In this document: positions 63,044 through 64,000 of the stretch, in pieces
Position numbering within the stretch: the stretch's first letter is position 1
Layout of the letters: each line of letters starts with the position of its first letter
NCBI GenBank assembly: GCA_964652295.1
Contig: CAZZCL010000004.1
Location: forward strand, 75 to 64,074
Source of the DNA: an uncultured Chthoniobacterales bacterium
GTDB taxonomy: Bacteria; Verrucomicrobiota; Verrucomicrobiia; Chthoniobacterales; CALDSX01
DNA length: 64,000 nt
Direction: 5' to 3'
Translations under genes and position numbers: made by a program
Notes under the pieces: generated by a model
Databases searched by the model: none
What the model was told of the DNA's origin: nothing
Seen by the model: the letters and a program-made list of their open reading frames with translations, nothing else

Positions 63044-64000
63044 ATGGATCCTCAACCGCATCCACCCGCCGAGCACGGAGGGCATCGTTCCGCTGCAGTT
63101 GGGCGTTCCTGGAGGTGGAATGACGCCCGCTCCATCTTTCCTGCGTTCGCTTGGGCGTTGTTTCTTCCAGCCGGGGGGGCCCTGGCGCAAAGCGATGAGG
63201 TGCGGATTTTTGACGCAGCACGCGATGCTGTGGTGCAAATCGAGGCTGTCGATGCTCATGGACGATTGCGCGGCACAGGATTTTTTATTGATCCCACTGG
63301 CACGCTCCTCACGTCGTACACCATTGGGGGCAATTCCACCGAGCTTCACGTGCTTGTTGGGCCGGTCAAATTGCCCGCGCGCCGTTTGGTAGCCGACCCG
63401 CGAAGTGGCGTTGCTCTGCTAAAGGTCGATGCCGAAACTCCGGCCCTGGCGCTCGGCTCGGATGAATTGCCAGCCGCGCAGTCTCCGGTCGTCGCTATCG
63501 GTTATCCGATGGGCGGACCGGTGCGCGCGATTGGCGGGGAAGTAGCAGGCATCGCAGCGCGGCATGGCAGTGGGTTCTTTGCGACGCGCCATTTGCATGT
63601 TGCCGTGGATGCCCTGTTTGGAATGGGTGGTGCGCCGGTTCTGGATCGGGCTTCGCGCGTCGTTGGCATCGTCATCGGGCGTGCTGATTCGGGAGTCGGA
63701 TGTTACGCATTGCCGATCGGCGCAGCGGAAAAGGTGCGCGCTGATTATCTGCGTTTTGGAGAAGTGCGCGAGGGTTGGATGGGTGTGGAGCTCACCGGTG
63801 CCGGAGGCGGGAGCCTCGAGTTTCGCGCAACTGTCGATCTTGTTGTGCCGCATGGACCGGCATCGCAGGCCGGGTTGGAACAGGGCGACGTGCTCCTGCA
63901 GATTGGTGAGATGCCGATCCGCCATCCGGGAGATATCCTTGACGCGACATTCTTTTTGACCGCTGGCGATGAAGTGCCTGTGCGCGTGCGGCGCGCGGGG
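63044..64000 (+). CDS. HtrA/DegP-like trypsin-fold + PDZ protein, 3' end cut by the window; catalytic triad positions substituted (predicted inactive)
   Basis: This ORF is absent from the ORF track because it runs off the window. I translated it by hand from ATG 63044. Signal-like region ...FAWALFLPAGGALA|QSD. Protease-domain landmarks GTGFFIDPTGTLLTSYTI, ADPRSGVALLKV and DALFGMGGAPVL. PDZ landmark GWMGVEL...GPASQAGLEQGDVLLQIGEMPI. Confidence 0.8.
   Translation, partial: MDPQPHPPAEHGGHRSAAVGRSWRWNDARSIFPAFAWALFLPAGGALAQSDEVRIFDAARDAVVQIEAVDAHGRLRGTGFFIDPTGTLLTSYTIGGNSTELHVLVGPVKLPARRLVADPRSGVALLKVDAETPALALGSDELPAAQSPVVAIGYPMGGPVRAIGGEVAGIAARHGSGFFATRHLHVAVDALFGMGGAPVLDRASRVVGIVIGRADSGVGCYALPIGAAEKVRADYLRFGEVREGWMGVELTGAGGGSLEFRATVDLVVPHGPASQAGLEQGDVLLQIGEMPIRHPGDILDATFFLTAGDEVPVRVRRAG

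Noticed and set aside
63099-63392. 97-aa ORF with a strong internal GGAGG-N4-ATG (ATG 63120) overlapping the HtrA-like gene in another frame
   Set aside because: The overlapping frame starting at 63044 carries clear DegP-family and PDZ landmarks. The 97-aa product is Cys/Arg-rich and has no motif. The SD-like sequence is probably coincidental.

Overview
High-GC bacterial chromosomal segment. Hand-counted 60-nt lines give about 63% GC in typical genes and about 52% in a few genes. I support about 63 protein-coding genes and one tRNA-Pro(CGG). I found no rRNA, CRISPR array, transposase or integrase. The gene content suggests a PVC-group or Verrucomicrobiota-like organism, but that is inference only. 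The supporting traits are a DUF1800/DUF1501 pair, an LpxC-FabZ fusion, GT-C-like membrane proteins, bactofilins, and many ATGA/GTGA/TTGA start-stop overlaps.

Most of the window is housekeeping:
- carA, gap-pgk, glpX
- aromatic amino acid genes: tyrA-aroA-cmk-plsC, aroD, trpE-trpG
- lipid A genes: lpxK, lpxA, lpxC/fabZ
- purA, purH, uppS, murJ, pgsA, lexA, nadK, tlyA, pdxJ, acpS, feoAB

Items worth a second look:
1. A retinal-phototrophy cassette at the left edge: a fused CrtYc/Yd-type lycopene cyclase, Blh, and a xanthorhodopsin/Gloeobacter-rhodopsin-like DTE proton pump. The pump gene has lower GC and a perfect palindrome upstream.
2. A tightly translationally coupled six-gene operon (6467-12869). 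It links a membrane-anchored protein, an intact M23 endopeptidase, a GT-C-like polytopic protein, a pyridine-nucleotide-disulfide oxidoreductase and two bactofilins. One bactofilin carries an N-terminal double zinc ribbon.
3. An ECF sigma / anti-sigma / HtrA-like PDZ protein triad at the right edge. All three catalytic-triad positions of the protease are substituted.
4. A coiled-coil protein with three near-identical in-frame 42-bp repeats and a restriction-endonuclease-like tail.
5. A roughly 70-aa insertion in AroA.
6. An overlooked small FeoB-associated Cys-rich ORF.

All family assignments come from reading motifs by eye. No database search, HMM or structure prediction was run. Many long ORFs in the six-frame track are antisense shadows of real genes, which is typical of high-GC DNA, and I rejected them.
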